Source of the DNA: a bacterium
GTDB lineage: Bacteria; UBA8248; JACPRG01; G963555815
Assembly: GCA_963555815.3 (NCBI GenBank)
Contig: CAUVWX020000001.1
Location: 1,281,533 to 1,345,532 of the forward strand
DNA: 64,000 nucleotides
Direction: 5' to 3'
The stretch's first letter is position 1. Every line of letters begins with the position of its first letter. The position numbers and the translations under genes were made by a program. Below the pieces are notes generated by a model. That model was not told where the DNA came from, did not search any database, and saw only the letters and a program-made list of their open reading frames with translations. Positions 16,017-26,844 of this stretch are shown here, in pieces.

Positions 16017-16385
16017 GTGCCGCACGTCGTCGTGGAGGGCCCCTGTGCAGTGGGGGAATTCCACGCCCGCTTCCTTCCTGAAAAACTCCGGGCCGATGGC
16101 CGGATCATCAAATTCAATGAGAGCTTCCTCAGCGCCCTGGGGACCCTTGCCCTGGTGGAGGCGGTCGTGGTGGAAGGGGCCCTCTCGACGGGGGCTACTC
16201 CCAAGGCCTTCTTTATTGTCCTCTCCCAGCGGGAGGAGGGGGTTATCGTCCGGCTTCTTTCGGCGACGGACCCGGAGAAGACAGAAGGCGTGAAGCGGGC
16301 CCTCGCCCTCCTGGCGGCTCGCCTAAAGGCCCAAAGCCCGGCCTGTCGTTATGGAAGGACAAACCTTGAGCCTTTCCTCCGGTAA
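16017..16385 (+). CDS. Hypothetical protein
   Basis: 122-aa GTG-start ORF with host-like composition. No recognisable family. Confidence 0.35.
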   Translation: MPHVVVEGPCAVGEFHARFLPEKLRADGRIIKFNESFLSALGTLALVEAVVVEGALSTGATPKAFFIVLSQREEGVIVRLLSATDPEKTEGVKRALALLAARLKAQSPACRYGRTNLEPFLR

Positions 16386-16479
16386 AAACAGTTTGAAGGC
16401 TTTTTTGGAATCCGCAGGGGTTCTGGAGCCTCCCTTTGTCTGTCCTTTTAAGTTGAGTGCGCGCTAAGGAGGGGATGTT

Positions 16480-17367
16480 GTGATCCTTATCACGGGCGGG
16501 ACGGGCTTTGTCGGGGGGCACGTCGTCGCTCAGGCCCTCGATGAAAATCTGAAAGTGCGCTGTCTCATCCGTCGACCTGACTCGCCCAAGGTCCGGGCCC
16601 TTTCGGCAAAGGGGGTGGACGTGGCGGTGGGGGACATCCTTCGGCCCGATTCCCTGACACCCGCCATGGAGGGGGTGGAGGGTGTCATTCACCTGGTCGG
16701 GGTCATCTTTGAGAGGCGGGGCGCAGGTTTTCGTGAGGTCCACGTCGAGGGCACCCGGAACATTCTGGCCGCCGCCAAAGGGGCGGGCGTCAAGCGGTAT
16801 GTCCACATGAGCGCGCTTGGGTCTCGCCCGAACGCCGTCAGCCGCTATCACCAGACCAAGTGGGAGGCCGAAGAAGCTGTCCGGGCAAGTGGGCTCCCCT
16901 ATACGATTTTCAGGCCCTCCATCATCTTTGGCCCTGGCGATGAGTTCATCAACGTGTTTGCCCGGATGATCCGGAGGCTTCCCTTCATCCCGGTGGCGGG
17001 GACCGGAAAGAGCCCCCTTCAGCCCATTTGGATAAAAAACCTCGCCGGGTGCTTTATTGAGGCCCTCTCGATGGAGGGGGTATCAGGAAGGGTTTATGAG
17101 GCGGGGGGCCCGGAGAAGCTCACGCTGGAGTCCATATTGGACACTATCGCCCGGGTCCTCGGAAAAAAGAGAATCAAAATTCACATCCCGATGGCCTTGA
17201 TGGAGATGAACGCCGCCCTCCTGAAATTCTTGCCAAAACCTCCAGTCACCAAGGACCAGCTCATCATGCTGCGCGAGGACAACACCTGTGACGTTTCTCA
17301 CCTGGTCCAGGATTTCGGGATTCACCTCTCGCCCCTTGAGGCCACGCTTCGAACCTATCTCCGATAG
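16480..17367 (+). CDS. NAD(P)-binding atypical SDR (NmrA / NDUFA9-like epimerase-dehydratase family)
   Basis: MILITGGTGFVGGHV Rossmann motif. AAGGAGG lies 7 nt upstream of the GTG. Confidence 0.8.
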   Translation: MILITGGTGFVGGHVVAQALDENLKVRCLIRRPDSPKVRALSAKGVDVAVGDILRPDSLTPAMEGVEGVIHLVGVIFERRGAGFREVHVEGTRNILAAAKGAGVKRYVHMSALGSRPNAVSRYHQTKWEAEEAVRASGLPYTIFRPSIIFGPGDEFINVFARMIRRLPFIPVAGTGKSPLQPIWIKNLAGCFIEALSMEGVSGRVYEAGGPEKLTLESILDTIARVLGKKRIKIHIPMALMEMNAALLKFLPKPPVTKDQLIMLREDNTCDVSHLVQDFGIHLSPLEATLRTYLR

Positions 17368-17419
17368 ATGAAAAGCGCCAGGCCACAGTGTGCAGGATCT
17401 TTCGGCAATTTCAAGGCCG

Positions 17420-18844
17420 CTAACGGGTCTCGATCAACACCACGTAGGGCGAGAATTCGCTGAAGATCTCTTCGGGACGCATGGGGGTTTCCCTAGGCGT
17501 CACGGTGATGGAGAATTTTTGGGCAAGCTGCGCTTGGTCAAGAAGGAGTGAGGCCGCTGATATCTTTGTGCCGAAGCGGATCGCCTCCACGCCTCTCTGG
17601 ATCAGACCAGAGGAGGCGATACCGATGAGCTTGCCATGAGAGTCGATGACCGGTCCCCCACTGTTGCCCTCGTTGATGGGTGCCGTCATACGGAACTGGG
17701 CGATATTGTCCTGAAGGCCGGTCGTGGAGCTCACCTGCCCTGAGACGATGCTCGGCTGTCGGCTGAGGCTTGGGCCTAGAGGGTAGCCCAGGGCGTGCAC
17801 CTGCTGGCCGGGCTGAATCTCGGTGCCGAATAAGTTAGGGACGAAGCCTCCCCTCTTCGGCGGCATGCCCTGCAAGAGAACCAACGCAAGGTCGTTATTG
17901 GCATCAGTCGCTACAACCTTTCTCGTATAAACCTCTCCGCTGGGAAAGGAAACCCGTATGTCTTCCACCCCCTGCAGCACATGAAAATTGGTCAGGATAT
18001 GCGAGGTCCCCTGAAGGAGAAACCCCGAACCCGCAGACCGCAATTCTTCCCTATCAGGAGGGATGGAAGACGGCACAGCAGCGCGTGGCCCCGGGGCAGG
18101 CGCAGGAGGTGGAGCTTTGGCGACGGCGGCGGGTGCTGGAGCGAGTTGGGCGAGGGCCTCGGCGAAACCTCTTTCTCTACCAAGCTTGCCAATCGCATCG
18201 CTGAGCGTCTTAGACATACTGATCGGTGCAACCTGCGGCAGATTGTTTGGAAAGCCTACTCTTTTGGCCCCATGACCCTCCAGCGAGGCTTCCCACGCCG
18301 GATCAGAGAGCCCAGTGCCATACAAACTGACTTTGACGCCAATCGTCGCTTTAAATTCCTGGCCTGAAAACGTTCCGCCTTTCCCAAGGAATTGCGTAAT
18401 TTCTGCTTCAAGTCGACCCTTGGCCCTCGCAGGAGAAGAGGCGACTCCTATTCCCAAGCGAAATAGCTCCTGGATGAGGGCCTCTTTCACGGAGAAGGCT
18501 AAAGGTGTGTCCATAACTAAACTTGAGCCGGAAGCTTCGAACACTAATCGCGGATTAACGCCGCGCCGATCAGCAACATCCGGCACGAAAAGTTCCACAT
18601 CCGCGCCCGCAGGGAGATTTAAGAAGGTGGGAGAAGTGGTGGGTGTATATGTGGGTCTCGCGATCGTCGTGGTGCAGCTGGACACCAAGAAGCTAGTGAT
18701 CAGGAGGCCTGCGGCCAAACGGGCTTTGCTCAGAAAAGGACGACTTCTCTGCCTCAATTGTCTTGTCTCCCTCCAGCTGGGCCTTTTCCCCATTCCGTTT
18801 GGCATCACTAGCCTCCTTGAAGACTGATAGCTGAATAAAGGCAT
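17420..18844 (-). CDS. Lipoprotein-anchored trypsin-like (S1C) serine protease
   Basis: Lipobox LVSSC. Ala/Pro linker. Protease core HILTNFHV (His), NNDLALV (Asp), NEGNSGGPVID (Ser). The start could be M1, M14 or M18. Confidence 0.7.
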   Translation of the reverse strand: MPLFSYQSSRRLVMPNGMGKRPSWRETRQLRQRSRPFLSKARLAAGLLITSFLVSSCTTTIARPTYTPTTSPTFLNLPAGADVELFVPDVADRRGVNPRLVFEASGSSLVMDTPLAFSVKEALIQELFRLGIGVASSPARAKGRLEAEITQFLGKGGTFSGQEFKATIGVKVSLYGTGLSDPAWEASLEGHGAKRVGFPNNLPQVAPISMSKTLSDAIGKLGRERGFAEALAQLAPAPAAVAKAPPPAPAPGPRAAVPSSIPPDREELRSAGSGFLLQGTSHILTNFHVLQGVEDIRVSFPSGEVYTRKVVATDANNDLALVLLQGMPPKRGGFVPNLFGTEIQPGQQVHALGYPLGPSLSRQPSIVSGQVSSTTGLQDNIAQFRMTAPINEGNSGGPVIDSHGKLIGIASSGLIQRGVEAIRFGTKISAASLLLDQAQLAQKFSITVTPRETPMRPEEIFSEFSPYVVLIETR

Positions 18845-18906
18845 TTTATCGCGGAAATCAGTAAACCGACGCCGAACATTTGTCCCATATGCCGTCTCTA
18901 ATCCCC

Positions 18907-19443
18907 TTATTTCTTCGAAGAGGAGCCCCTGCCAGGGGTTTTTGTTTTAGAGACCTTGATACGCCCCCCCTCCAACTGAAGGGTCACCTGCTCTTTGACC
19001 GAGGCCAGGACCACACTGGTCTCGGTCCCGGTCACCCCCTTGATGGAGCGCACCTGATCCATCAGGAGACGGTCCAGGGCCTCGGCGTTCTCGACGCGAA
19101 CCTTCAAGATGTAAGCGTGAGTCCCGGTCACACGGTGGCATTCCTGGACGGCGTCAAGGGCGTGGATGGCTTGAATGAAGGGGTCGTTGAACTTGGGGGA
19201 CTCGATGGAGACCAGGACAAAGGCCGTGATGTCTTTCCCGAGCTTTTTGAAGTCCAGGAGGGCCACATAATCCCGAATGATTCCTTGGCCCTCGAGCCTT
19301 TTCATCCGTTCGGCGACCGAGGGGGGCGTGAGCCCCACCGTCTTTGCGATCTCCAGCCCCGTTGCCCTGGCGTTTTCCTGCAACTTGTTGAGGATTTCCA
19401 CGTCAATGGCGTCCATCTCACCCTCCCGAAGGCCTTTTACCAC
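18907..19443 (-). CDS. Lrp/AsnC family transcriptional regulator
   Basis: IDVEILNKLQENARATGLEIAKTVGLTPPSVAERMKRLEGQGIIRDY followed by an RAM domain. Confidence 0.85.
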   Translation of the reverse strand: MVKGLREGEMDAIDVEILNKLQENARATGLEIAKTVGLTPPSVAERMKRLEGQGIIRDYVALLDFKKLGKDITAFVLVSIESPKFNDPFIQAIHALDAVQECHRVTGTHAYILKVRVENAEALDRLLMDQVRSIKGVTGTETSVVLASVKEQVTLQLEGGRIKVSKTKTPGRGSSSKK

Positions 19444-19673
19444 ATTTTTTAAACTTTTTTAGCTTATTACCTAATCTATGTTGAAATAAATTTACATAAA
19501 CCTTAAATTAATACTAAGAGCCCTCGACAAGCTGGTGCGTTGACGGGACCGATGTCCTGAGAGTTTACGCCATCTGCCGGGGGGCCGTAAAGCGGGCAAG
19601 AGGCGGCCTTTCTGCCGAATGGCCGAGAAGGGATGAGGGTTTTTGTGCACGATAGAGAGAGGAGGAAAACCAA

Positions 19674-20126
19674 GTGGCATCTCTAAAACATGCTGCCGTC
19701 TGCACCCAGGACATCGGCGAGACCCTTGAGTTCTACGCCAAGGTCTTCGGCCTGAAAGTTGTTAAACGCATTGAGACCGATGATTTTGAAAACATTTTCC
19801 TCAGCGATGGGACGACCAGCCTCGCCATCCTTCGCTACAAGACCCAGAAGGGGGCGCAGGCCTGGACTGTCGGCCCCCCCATCCGGATGGTGGGCCTAGA
19901 CCACCTGGGCTTCGCCGTCGATGATCCAGAGGAGGTCAGAGAGCGCCTGGTAGAGGTCGGGGCCCCCGTTCAGGGTCAGCCGGAACGCTACAACAGGTTT
20001 AACCTGAGTGTCCCCTTCAAGACCCGGGACCCGAACGGCGTCCTCATCGACGTCGCCTCCACCTGGCCCGGAATTAAATCTGTTGGCGAGGAACAGGAGA
20101 CCCTCGTCTCCACCCTGGCGGATTGA
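19674..20126 (+). CDS. VOC/glyoxalase family protein
   Basis: LKHAAVCTQDIGETLEFYAKVFGL and GLDHLGFAV motifs. Confidence 0.7.
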   Translation: MASLKHAAVCTQDIGETLEFYAKVFGLKVVKRIETDDFENIFLSDGTTSLAILRYKTQKGAQAWTVGPPIRMVGLDHLGFAVDDPEEVRERLVEVGAPVQGQPERYNRFNLSVPFKTRDPNGVLIDVASTWPGIKSVGEEQETLVSTLAD

Positions 20127-20144
20127 GTCGCCTGAATTGAAAAA

Positions 20145-20190
20145 GGGGGGCTCGTCTGTCTCGGTGCGTCGGAGGTTTAGAGCCCCCCCC
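20145..20190 (+). terminator. Possible stem-loop terminator after the VOC gene
   Basis: GGGGGGCTC (20145-20153) pairs with GAGCCCCCC (20180-20188), followed by an A/T-rich tail. The 26-nt loop is large, so the call is weak. Confidence 0.3.
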
Positions 20191-20462
20191 TAAAATTACT
20201 TTCTCCAGTTTTTTCAGTTGGTTCGGCGTCCATCCTTGAAAAATCGAAAATCGAAAATTGAAAATTCTGGCAGTCCCGTCTGGTCTGGGGCCGGCACGAA
20301 GACCTTCTTCCGGCGTTTTTTGGATTCAGTCTTGCATCGGCCGGTGTTCTCTGGCATTTTGATATGCAGATTCTCTAAGATAAATTCAGGAGACGATTGG
20401 CCAAAGATATCGGTTTACGCGACAGATAGAGACGGTACCCCGGTCATCCCTGGAAGGGAATC

Positions 20463-22817
20463 ATGTTTCGATCCTTCTTCCACAAGTTGTGCCTGAGCGT
20501 CCTCGCCGCAATTTTTCTTGTGCCATTGTCCTACGTCGATACGGCTTTTTCAGAGGCCGAGGATCAGCATGTCGCAGCGCCCGGCGCCGACGCGGCCGTC
20601 ACGGGTTCCCTGCCCGGGGCATCCGCTTTTGATGAAATTCTTGTCGGGGAGCTCGAAGCGGCCAGGGCCAAGCAAGACCCTCAGTACAAGCCTCGCACAC
20701 GCCATCTGAGGGCTGACGGCTCGGCGAAGTACACGAACCGTCTCTTCCTCGAATCGAGCCCCTATCTTCTCCAGCATGCGCACAACCCGGTGAACTGGTA
20801 CCCCTGGGGTAACGAGGCGTTTGAGGCCGCGGAGAGGCTGGGCCGTCCGGTGTTTCTGTCTGTGGGGTACTCGACCTGCCACTGGTGTCATGTGATGGAG
20901 GAGGAGTCCTTCGAAGACGAAGAGATCGCCCGTGTGCTCAACGAGAACTATATCGCCGTCAAGGTGGATCGTGAGGAGCGCCCGGACGTGGACGCCATCT
21001 ATATGAACGCGGTCCAACTTCTGACGGGCCGCGGCGGATGGCCGATGACCGTTTGGCTCACTCCAGACCAGAAGCCTTTATTCGGAGGGACCTACTTCCC
21101 CCCCCGTGACGGCGATCGGGGTGCCCAGGTCGGTCTTCTGACCCTGTTGGACAGGATCCGAGAGGTCTATGACACCGAGCCCGATCGCGTCGCCAGGGCG
21201 GCGGACGAGATCACGGAAAGGCTCCGGCAAAACCTGACCCCACCTGCAGGGCAGGGACTCCCCGGGGCTCCGGTCATTCATAAGGCGGCGCGATTCTACA
21301 AGGAACGCTTCGATTTGGTCTTCGGGGGAATGCAGGGAGCGCCCAAGTTCCCCAGCAGCCTATCGGTCCGTTTTCTGTTGCGTTACCACCTGCGCACGGG
21401 GGATGAGCAGTACCTTCAGATGGCGGAGGTAACGCTGGAGAAGATGGTGGCTGGAGGGATATACGACCATGTGGGGGGCGGATTTCACCGCTACTCCACC
21501 GATGTCAGCTGGCTTGTGCCGCACTTCGAGAAGATGCTCTACGACAACGCCCTTCTCGCTCTCACTTACCTTGAAGGCTATCAGGCGACCGGGCGAGAGG
21601 ATTTCGCGCGGGTGGTGAGAGAGATCCTTCGGTACGTTGGACGGGATATGACCTCACCGAGCGGCGCCTTTTACTCCGCCACCGACGCCGACAGTCTGAA
21701 TCCCGAGGGACATCGGGAGGAGGGTTGGTTTTTCACCTGGACGCCCGACGAGATCGAAGCCGTGCTTGGCAAGGACCGTGCGCGTGTCCTTGCGACCTAT
21801 TATGACGTCACCGCACGGGGCAACTTTGAGGGGAGAAATATCCTAAACACACCGGGCAGCCTTGATGAGATCGCCCGTGCCCTTCGCCTTTCCCCTGAGG
21901 AGGCCCAGGCCATCGTGGAGGAATCCAAGGAGTTGCTTTATGAGGCCCGCGGCAAACGGCCTCCGCTGCTCCGGGATGAGAAGATTCTGACCAGTTGGAA
22001 CGGTCTCATGATCTCAGCCTTCGCGCAGGCTGCACTGGTTCTAGAAGACGAGGACTATGCGAGGCGGGCCGAGGCGGCAGCCGATTTTATCCTCAAAAAC
22101 CTTCTCAGAGGGGATCGTCTGGTTCACAGCTACAAGGATGGGCGGGCGCGTGACAATGCTTTTCTCAGCGACTACGCGTTCTTCACAGCCGGACTCCTCG
22201 ATCTCTACGAGATAACGGGGAATCCCCGTTGGCTGAAAGCGGCTATCGACCTTGACGCCGTTCTGGAAAAGTTCTACGAGGACAAGGAAAACGGTGGGTT
22301 CTTCATGACGCCCTCTGACTACGAAAATCTTCTGGTCCGGGAGAAGCCGGTCTACGACGACGCCGAGCCCTCTGGAAATTCTGTAGCGGTCATGAATCTG
22401 CTCCGGTTTTACGAGTTCACAACCCAGGATCGATATCGAAAGCGGAGTGAAAAGGGATTCGAAGCTTTCAACAGTACGCTGAGGCAAGCACCATCGGCCC
22501 TCTCCGAGATGCTCTTGGCCACTGACTTTTATCTCGATAAACCCAAAGAGGTGATCATCATCACGCCCAACTCGAGGGCGGAGGCCGAACCACTGCTCGA
22601 ACAGCTTCGCGCTACATTTGTCCCCAACCGGATTCTGGCCGTGGTGTCAGAGGGGGAGGAACTCGCGTCCCAGGCGAAGCTTATCCCGCTTCTTGAGGGG
22701 AGGATAGCGAAGCAGGGGAAGGCGACCGCATACGTGTGTTCGGGTGGAATTTGCGAGCTCCCCACGACTGATCCCGAAGTCTTTGGCAAGCTGCTTCGTG
22801 AGGTGAACCCGTTCTAA
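20463..22817 (+). CDS. Thioredoxin-domain protein, DUF255/YyaL family (thioredoxin fold + six-hairpin glycosidase-like domain)
   Basis: [47 protein letters not shown]-terminal signal-like segment. 784 aa. Confidence 0.85.
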   Translation: MFRSFFHKLCLSVLAAIFLVPLSYVDTAFSEAEDQHVAAPGADAAVTGSLPGASAFDEILVGELEAARAKQDPQYKPRTRHLRADGSAKYTNRLFLESSPYLLQHAHNPVNWYPWGNEAFEAAERLGRPVFLSVGYSTCHWCHVMEEESFEDEEIARVLNENYIAVKVDREERPDVDAIYMNAVQLLTGRGGWPMTVWLTPDQKPLFGGTYFPPRDGDRGAQVGLLTLLDRIREVYDTEPDRVARAADEITERLRQNLTPPAGQGLPGAPVIHKAARFYKERFDLVFGGMQGAPKFPSSLSVRFLLRYHLRTGDEQYLQMAEVTLEKMVAGGIYDHVGGGFHRYSTDVSWLVPHFEKMLYDNALLALTYLEGYQATGREDFARVVREILRYVGRDMTSPSGAFYSATDADSLNPEGHREEGWFFTWTPDEIEAVLGKDRARVLATYYDVTARGNFEGRNILNTPGSLDEIARALRLSPEEAQAIVEESKELLYEARGKRPPLLRDEKILTSWNGLMISAFAQAALVLEDEDYARRAEAAADFILKNLLRGDRLVHSYKDGRARDNAFLSDYAFFTAGLLDLYEITGNPRWLKAAIDLDAVLEKFYEDKENGGFFMTPSDYENLLVREKPVYDDAEPSGNSVAVMNLLRFYEFTTQDRYRKRSEKGFEAFNSTLRQAPSALSEMLLATDFYLDKPKEVIIITPNSRAEAEPLLEQLRATFVPNRILAVVSEGEELASQAKLIPLLEGRIAKQGKATAYVCSGGICELPTTDPEVFGKLLREVNPF

Positions 22818-22964
22818 CTAGACACCTCACCGCGTTCGGCAAACCGCTGTTCAACCGGTAGATATCCGAGACAGATCGAAAACTCCATTCCGCTTGGCCG
22901 CCAAGCAGGCCACTCCATTCTGCGAAAGAGACGAGATATCCCCCTTCAGGGCGCTAGGGGCCTT

Positions 22965-23864
22965 TTATTCTCTGACGGAGAGAGTGGACAGGAAGAGGCG
23001 TGCGATCTGGCGGGCACGGAAGGGGAGGAACGCGTAGGCGAAGGCGTGGAGAAGGGCGGCTCTATAGGGGAAGTGGATAGGGAGGCATTTTGCGCCGGGG
23101 AGATGTTTTTCTACCTCTTGAAGGAAGATGTCCCTCGAGTGGGGCTCCTTGTGGCCGTTCAGGAGGAAGAGGCGCTTGGTTGCGAATCGCCCCGCCTTGA
23201 GCGTGTGAACGGGATCGATGGCCTCCCAGCGCTGGCGAAGGAGGTCGAGCGTCATCCCTCGGGACTCGAGTGTCCGGCGACAACGGGCGGTTTTCGGGGA
23301 ATGCCAGAAGGCGGCCGCTGGGTCTCCCATCGCCAGGACCACAATGCCTGCGTCGAACTTCTCCCTGGAGAGGCTTTGAAGGGCGATGAGGCCGCCCAGG
23401 CTGAGGCCGAGGAGTCCGATGGGGCGATGGGGGCTGACTTCTCGAAAGTGTAGCAAGAGACGGCGGATATCTTGGAGGGACTGAAGGAAGTTGTCCCGCG
23501 TCCAGTCCACGTTGTCCGTTATCACGAGACTGCCGTTGGGATGGCCTGCGGGAGAGCGCCGGCCGTGAAGGGGCATGGTCAGAAGGCAGGATTCCACTCC
23601 CCGCTTGAGGAGCCCTTGGGTTAGAAATTGCTCGATTCGCCAGGGTCCCCTTCGCCACCCGGGTACGATGAGGAGTAGCGGGAGTTCCCGTCCGGGTCTC
23701 TTCAGGTGGAGGGCAAAGGCGGTCCCGTTCTCTGGATAAGGCGTCCGTCTGGGACTCGGGAAGGAGAGCTCCACCTCAACACGCCCGGGGGTGGAACGCA
23801 TCTTGCGAGAGGTGACAGGCTGGGCTTCTAGATGAAATTCCCCCTCTTCATCCATCTTCTTCAA
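22965..23864 (-). CDS. Alpha/beta hydrolase
   Basis: G-x-S-x-G at GLLGLSLGGLIAL. 299 aa. Confidence 0.6.
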   Translation of the reverse strand: MKKMDEEGEFHLEAQPVTSRKMRSTPGRVEVELSFPSPRRTPYPENGTAFALHLKRPGRELPLLLIVPGWRRGPWRIEQFLTQGLLKRGVESCLLTMPLHGRRSPAGHPNGSLVITDNVDWTRDNFLQSLQDIRRLLLHFREVSPHRPIGLLGLSLGGLIALQSLSREKFDAGIVVLAMGDPAAAFWHSPKTARCRRTLESRGMTLDLLRQRWEAIDPVHTLKAGRFATKRLFLLNGHKEPHSRDIFLQEVEKHLPGAKCLPIHFPYRAALLHAFAYAFLPFRARQIARLFLSTLSVRE

Positions 23865-23915
23865 CCCTCGCCGATCCCCGTCTTGCCGGTTGTGAGGGAG
23901 AGCGTTTCGTTGTGA

Positions 23916-24578
23916 TTAGCAGTATTTTCTGTAAACTCCGTCGAGCATTGACCACATGGATTCGAGCGACGTATTCAAGGCCCTTCTCACCTTTGCTTTT
24001 TGTTCTTTTGTCTTCGCGTGCTTTGTAATTAACTTCTTCCAAGTTTTCTGGTGCTCGATGTCAACCGCACTGTGGACTTCAAAAAACTCTAAAGAATTTT
24101 TGTCCTTTAGATTGTAATGCTTCTTTAGCCCTTGCATTTTCAGCGCTGCGATGTCAGGGACCTGTGCCTCATAAGCGAGCAGCGCAGCGGCGCCTTCTAA
24201 AAAGCTTTTTGAAGAAAGTTTTCTTAGCGAGTCAAGCATGCCCTTTGTCTCAGGAAGCATTTTGACGTCGATCTTGTTTCTTTTTACCCCGATGCCTTCG
24301 GCAAACCGAAGCCAGAGCTCTGTATGTGGAAGATCTTTGTCTTCTTCTTCATTCAAGTTGTCCAGTATGAGCATCCTATCTTCTTCGTCGGGGGTGTTTG
24401 AGTGCACCCTGCTTACCAACCTCGGAAACTCCGAGACAAATTTGTAGTATTGCTGTGCATAACCCCTCAGCGCCTCAAGACTGATTTCACCTTCATTCCA
24501 TAGCTGGTAGAACTTGTGCTTCGACAAGTGTTTCTTATGGATGTCCTTTTCGAGCAATTGGACGAAATCCCTTTTCAT
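23916..24578 (-). CDS. Heme-oxygenase-like di-iron protein, CADD / PqqC / TenA-like
   Basis: HKFYQLWNEGEISLEALRGYAQQYYKFV, EEEDKDLPHTELW, AYEAQVP, FFEVHSAVDIEH (E/H/D ligand-like positions). GC is clearly lower than the flanks. Confidence 0.6.
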   Translation of the reverse strand: MKRDFVQLLEKDIHKKHLSKHKFYQLWNEGEISLEALRGYAQQYYKFVSEFPRLVSRVHSNTPDEEDRMLILDNLNEEEDKDLPHTELWLRFAEGIGVKRNKIDVKMLPETKGMLDSLRKLSSKSFLEGAAALLAYEAQVPDIAALKMQGLKKHYNLKDKNSLEFFEVHSAVDIEHQKTWKKLITKHAKTKEQKAKVRRALNTSLESMWSMLDGVYRKYC

Positions 24579-24664
24579 ATTTCCACCTCCAAATTTTCAG
24601 ATTTTGGATCTTTAAATTTTATCATCTCGGACCCGGTTTCAACATTTTCTTTTTAAGGTGAAAG

Positions 24665-25420
24665 TCAGTGCATGAAAGAGCCTCCGTCCACGACCAGGGT
24701 CTGACCGGCGACAAAGTCGCTTTCATCTGAGAGAAAGAAGACCACGGCCCCGACCAGGTCCTCGGGGAACTGGCTTCGGGGGATGGCCCGGGTCTTCATC
24801 ATGGCCCGGTCCTCTTCCTCCAGCTCGGGGCGGGTGGCGACGAGGGCCTCGCTTTGGGTGAGGCCCGGCGCCACGGCGTTGGCGCAGATCCCGTCCTTTC
24901 CCACCTCTCGGGCGATGGCCCGCGTGAGGGCCACTACGGCTCCTTTGGAGGCCGTGTAGTGGAGGAAGTTCGGTGTCCCCTTGAAGGAGACGCCCGAGGC
25001 AATGTTGACGATCTTCCCCTTCCCCTGGGCCTTCATGTAGGGATAAACAGCCCGGCTGCAGAGCCAGGTTCCCTTGACGTTCACGGCCATCACCCGGTCC
25101 CAGTCGGCCTCGAGGATATCGTGGAAGGGGCCGTAGCGAATCTCCGCGAAGATCCCGGCGTTGTTGACGAGGCCGTCGATGCGGCCAAATCGCCCTTGGG
25201 TCTCTTTGGCCATGGCTTCAACGCTCTTCCCGTCGGTGATGTCGGTCCGCAGAGAGATCGCTTCAGCGCCCGCTTTTCGAACCTCCTCGGCCGCCGGCCC
25301 GCCATCAAGGATGTCAGCGATCACCACCCTGGCTCCCTCCCGGGCGAGGCCGAGGGCGTAGACCTTGCCGATCCCACGGGCCCCTCCGGTGACGATGACC
25401 ACCTTGTCCTTCAAGCGCAT
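24665..25420 (-). CDS. SDR family oxidoreductase (FabG-like)
   Basis: From MRLKDKVVIVTGGARGIGK (ATG 25420) within ORF 24665..25492. YTASKGAV catalytic motif. Confidence 0.8.
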   Translation of the reverse strand: MRLKDKVVIVTGGARGIGKVYALGLAREGARVVIADILDGGPAAEEVRKAGAEAISLRTDITDGKSVEAMAKETQGRFGRIDGLVNNAGIFAEIRYGPFHDILEADWDRVMAVNVKGTWLCSRAVYPYMKAQGKGKIVNIASGVSFKGTPNFLHYTASKGAVVALTRAIAREVGKDGICANAVAPGLTQSEALVATRPELEEEDRAMMKTRAIPRSQFPEDLVGAVVFFLSDESDFVAGQTLVVDGGSFMH

Positions 25421-25647
25421 GGATGCCTCCTCGTCAAGGCGGGGACCGTGCCTTCGGCCGATTCCTAGAAGGAGGAACGCAGAGAGCATCACTATACTCT
25501 AAGGGGCTTGAGTGGCAAAGAGTCAGGTGTCCCTGTGAACGACGGTTTTTTTGGTAATATAGTTTTCATCTTCACCGTGAGCGAAATGGCCCTTGTGATG
25601 ACTGGCAAGCCTATCGACTCCGACACCTCTCTGGAAGCTTTGGGCGA

Positions 25648-26091
25648 ATGAAGACGACCAGCAGCAGACTTTTCGCGGCCCTCCTCCTCGCCCTCGGAGC
25701 CTGCGGCCAAGTGGGAGAGCGGGAGTCGGTGGCCCGGGAGTTCATAGAGGCCTACTATGTCCGGGCAGACCTGCCTGCGGCCCGAAAGGTCGCAACGGGC
25801 CTTGCCCTTCAGAAGATCGACCGCGAGATAGAGCTTCGAAAGGAGGCCGGGGATACACAGCCTTCTCCCGAGGCGGCCGGCGAGAGGTCCGTGACCTTCC
25901 AGGTCCTGGAAGAGAGGTCCCGGACAGAGGGGCGTTCCGCCTTTCTCTTTGATCTCCTCATCGGCGCAGAGCCCATCAGCTTCAAAAGGCGGACCCTCAT
26001 CACCATTGGCCGGATCAGAGGGTCTGGGGAGAGGGAAGGTTGGATTGTCGTGAATTTTAGCGAGATCGACGTGGCCCCCAACTCCCCCTAG
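25648..26091 (+). CDS. Hypothetical lipoprotein
   Basis: Signal peptide with lipobox LALGAC. Confidence 0.5.
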   Translation: MKTTSSRLFAALLLALGACGQVGERESVAREFIEAYYVRADLPAARKVATGLALQKIDREIELRKEAGDTQPSPEAAGERSVTFQVLEERSRTEGRSAFLFDLLIGAEPISFKRRTLITIGRIRGSGEREGWIVVNFSEIDVAPNSP

Positions 26092-26115
26092 AGGTGAAAA
26101 AAAGGTGGGTCCTCA

Positions 26116-26844
26116 ATGAGATTTCTTCGGCCTAAACGCAATCTTTCGCCGGAGTTGTTAGACCTTCCCGCCTGCGATCCCGGGGAGGTCGCAGGAAACC
26201 TTCAAGACATAGCCCGAGTCAACCGCTATCTGGGCGGGGCTTCGGCCCTCCTGAAACCGTTGACGCGCCTTATCGAGATCGACTTTCCTGACCCAAGGGA
26301 CCGCGTCACGGTCCTGGACGTGGGGACGGGGGGTGGAGACCTTCCTCGCGCCATTTGTGCTTGGGCTCGCAAAAGGGGGCGGAGGATTCACGTGCTTGGC
26401 CTGGACCGCAAGAGAGAGGTCCTCAATTGGGCCCTCGAACATTCCGACGGGTTTAGAGAGATCACCTTCATCGGGGCGGATGCCCGATGGCTCCCTTGCG
26501 CCGACCAAGCCGTCGACTACGTGACGGCCTCCCTCTTCCTCCACCACTTCTCCTCGGAGGAGGCGGCCCTTTTGCTTCGGAAATTCGTCTCCTCCTCCCG
26601 GCGAGCCGTCCTCATCAATGACCTCAGGCGCTCCTTCCTCCCCTATCTCCTCATCCTCTTCCTGACCCGTCTGGGGACCCGCAACCGTCTGACCCGTCAC
26701 GACGCGCCTCTCTCAGTCCTTCGGGCCTTCACGGGAGAGGAAATGGAAGGGCTGACCCGGGAGGCTGGCTTGGGTCTCTGGAGCCTCAAGCGGGCCTTCC
26801 CCTTTCGCCTCGTCCTTATGGCCAGGCCGGTGGAGCGGGGCTGA
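26116..26844 (+). CDS. Class I SAM-dependent methyltransferase
   Basis: VLDVGTGGGDL motif I. 242 aa. Confidence 0.7.
   Translation: MRFLRPKRNLSPELLDLPACDPGEVAGNLQDIARVNRYLGGASALLKPLTRLIEIDFPDPRDRVTVLDVGTGGGDLPRAICAWARKRGRRIHVLGLDRKREVLNWALEHSDGFREITFIGADARWLPCADQAVDYVTASLFLHHFSSEEAALLLRKFVSSSRRAVLINDLRRSFLPYLLILFLTRLGTRNRLTRHDAPLSVLRAFTGEEMEGLTREAGLGLWSLKRAFPFRLVLMARPVERG

Noticed and set aside
20237-20266. Short heptamer repeat TTGAAAAA-TCGAAAA-TCGAAAA-TTGAAAA about 200 bp upstream of the DUF255 gene
   Set aside because: It is very short and has no obvious link to a promoter or a known binding-site family. It is likely a simple slippage-derived A-tract.
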